Assembly (NCBI GenBank): GCA_051362555.1
Contig: CM120640.1
Location: forward strand, 2,790,001-2,854,000
From: Lingula anatina
Lineage: Eukaryota; Animalia; Brachiopoda
Direction of reading: 5' to 3'
DNA length: 64,000 nt
How positions within the stretch are numbered: position 1 is the stretch's first letter; every line of letters begins with the position of its first letter. Under the pieces are notes generated by a model. It was given only the letters and a program-made list of their open reading frames with translations, ran no database searches and was not told the origin of the DNA. Positions 62,901 to 64,000 of this stretch are shown here, piece by piece. A program made the position numbers and the translations under genes.

Positions 62901-64000
62901 AGGATGTCTGGGGCATTAAAAATAGCAATTAATTTTTGCACATTGTAAGCCCACTAGGTCACGTCAAAGTTTGGTGTAAGTCATTGAGCTGCTTCGTGAA
63001 AAAAAAAAAAAAAGCAATCCTGACAATTTGTTAAATGGAAATCTATAAACCTAATGATAATGTGTACACACACACAGAAAAGGATGCAACATTTATGAAT
63101 TCATTTCACAAAACAAATTTACCCGAGCATTTCAACCTTAGATTTTGTCTAATTTCCACTATATTTCAACTTTGTATGCATGAAGACTTGTATTTGTGCA
63201 CCAGGGTTTGAAAACCTTCATTTTTCTTATTAATATATTTTAACATATTTAAATAGAAATTTGGTTATAGATTTTAAAAATGCATTTGCTTTTGAGCATT
63301 TTACCTTTTTTTTTACTGACCATGAACTTCAGAATCAATTCCAAAGGACCCATCCATGCATGAAGACCCAAATCTGAACTTATGCACCTGATATTCCCCC
63401 CACTGACTTTTGCCAAAGTTTGATTATTTTGAAAATATTTGAAAATTAGCTGACACATTAGTGTCATGAAACATTGTTTGACAATCTCTGACAGCTAACT
63501 GTCAATTTTATTGAAATCTTCCTGGGTCATCTCTGTGCATCCCCGCATCATATCTCTCCCACGTCATTACTGTACTAGCACAAGTGTAATATTACCTACA
63601 TCAGTACCTCCCTCCCTCCATTTCCATTTTCTCTCATCTTTGGTTCTTGAATGATTTTTATAAAAAAGTGTCACTTTCAGGTCTCAGTAAGTAGTTTTAA
63701 AATGAATATTATAACTGTCAGTAAAATCTCTGTCCATTTGTGTTGCAAACTGGTGAATGTGTTTTATAATGACAGCTATGATGTAGGACCACTCAGCTTA
63801 CAGCATATTAAGTCCTTCTTAGATGAGTTGATGATTTATTCACCTTGATCCACTTTCAAGGTAACTCAGGTCTTAATTAAAAAGTTTTAAGAGGCCATAT
63901 ATGTAGAAAGTGTTAATCCAGGAACTTCAAACTCAGAATAATTATTATTTGTAGATGTGGTATTTTTCAGGTATTTTTCAGTGTTTCTCTTAATTTCTGT

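Noticed and set aside
47300-64000. Short ORFs of 60-135 aa in the right-hand region
   Set aside because: AT-rich compositional ORFs with no recognisable domains or consistent exon chain. Small real exons could have been missed.

Overview
Intron-containing animal genomic DNA (invertebrate-like, probably lophotrochozoan; this is inference), not a prokaryotic locus. No CRISPR array, rRNA or tRNA is supportable. Gene models were built by hand from splice sites and reading phases. (1) A RASSF9/10-like gene (+) with one coding exon lies in a CpG-rich, gene-poor region. (2) A glycan-enzyme cluster (19.8-30.7 kb) arose by tandem duplication. It has two intact first exons of a GT32 (SUR1/OCH1-like DXD) glycosyltransferase but only one C-terminal exon (-). 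Between the two first exons sits a 5-exon BNR/Asp-box sialidase-fold gene on the opposite strand, and a decayed copy of that gene lies further right. (3) A 14-finger zinc-finger gene (-). (4) A 12-coding-exon ARHGEF39-like DH-PH RhoGEF (-) with a long tail ending in a CAAX motif. (5) A complete ~3 kb Helentron-type non-autonomous element carrying a ~145-bp tandem array of perfect DR1 motifs, several MITEs, a minisatellite derived from a MITE end, and a CpG-depleted, probably intronic right-hand 18 kb. The best candidate for an undescribed system is the glycosyltransferase locus with variable first exons and a shared last exon, plus its nested antisense glycosidase-fold gene. This is inferred from sequence and needs transcript evidence.
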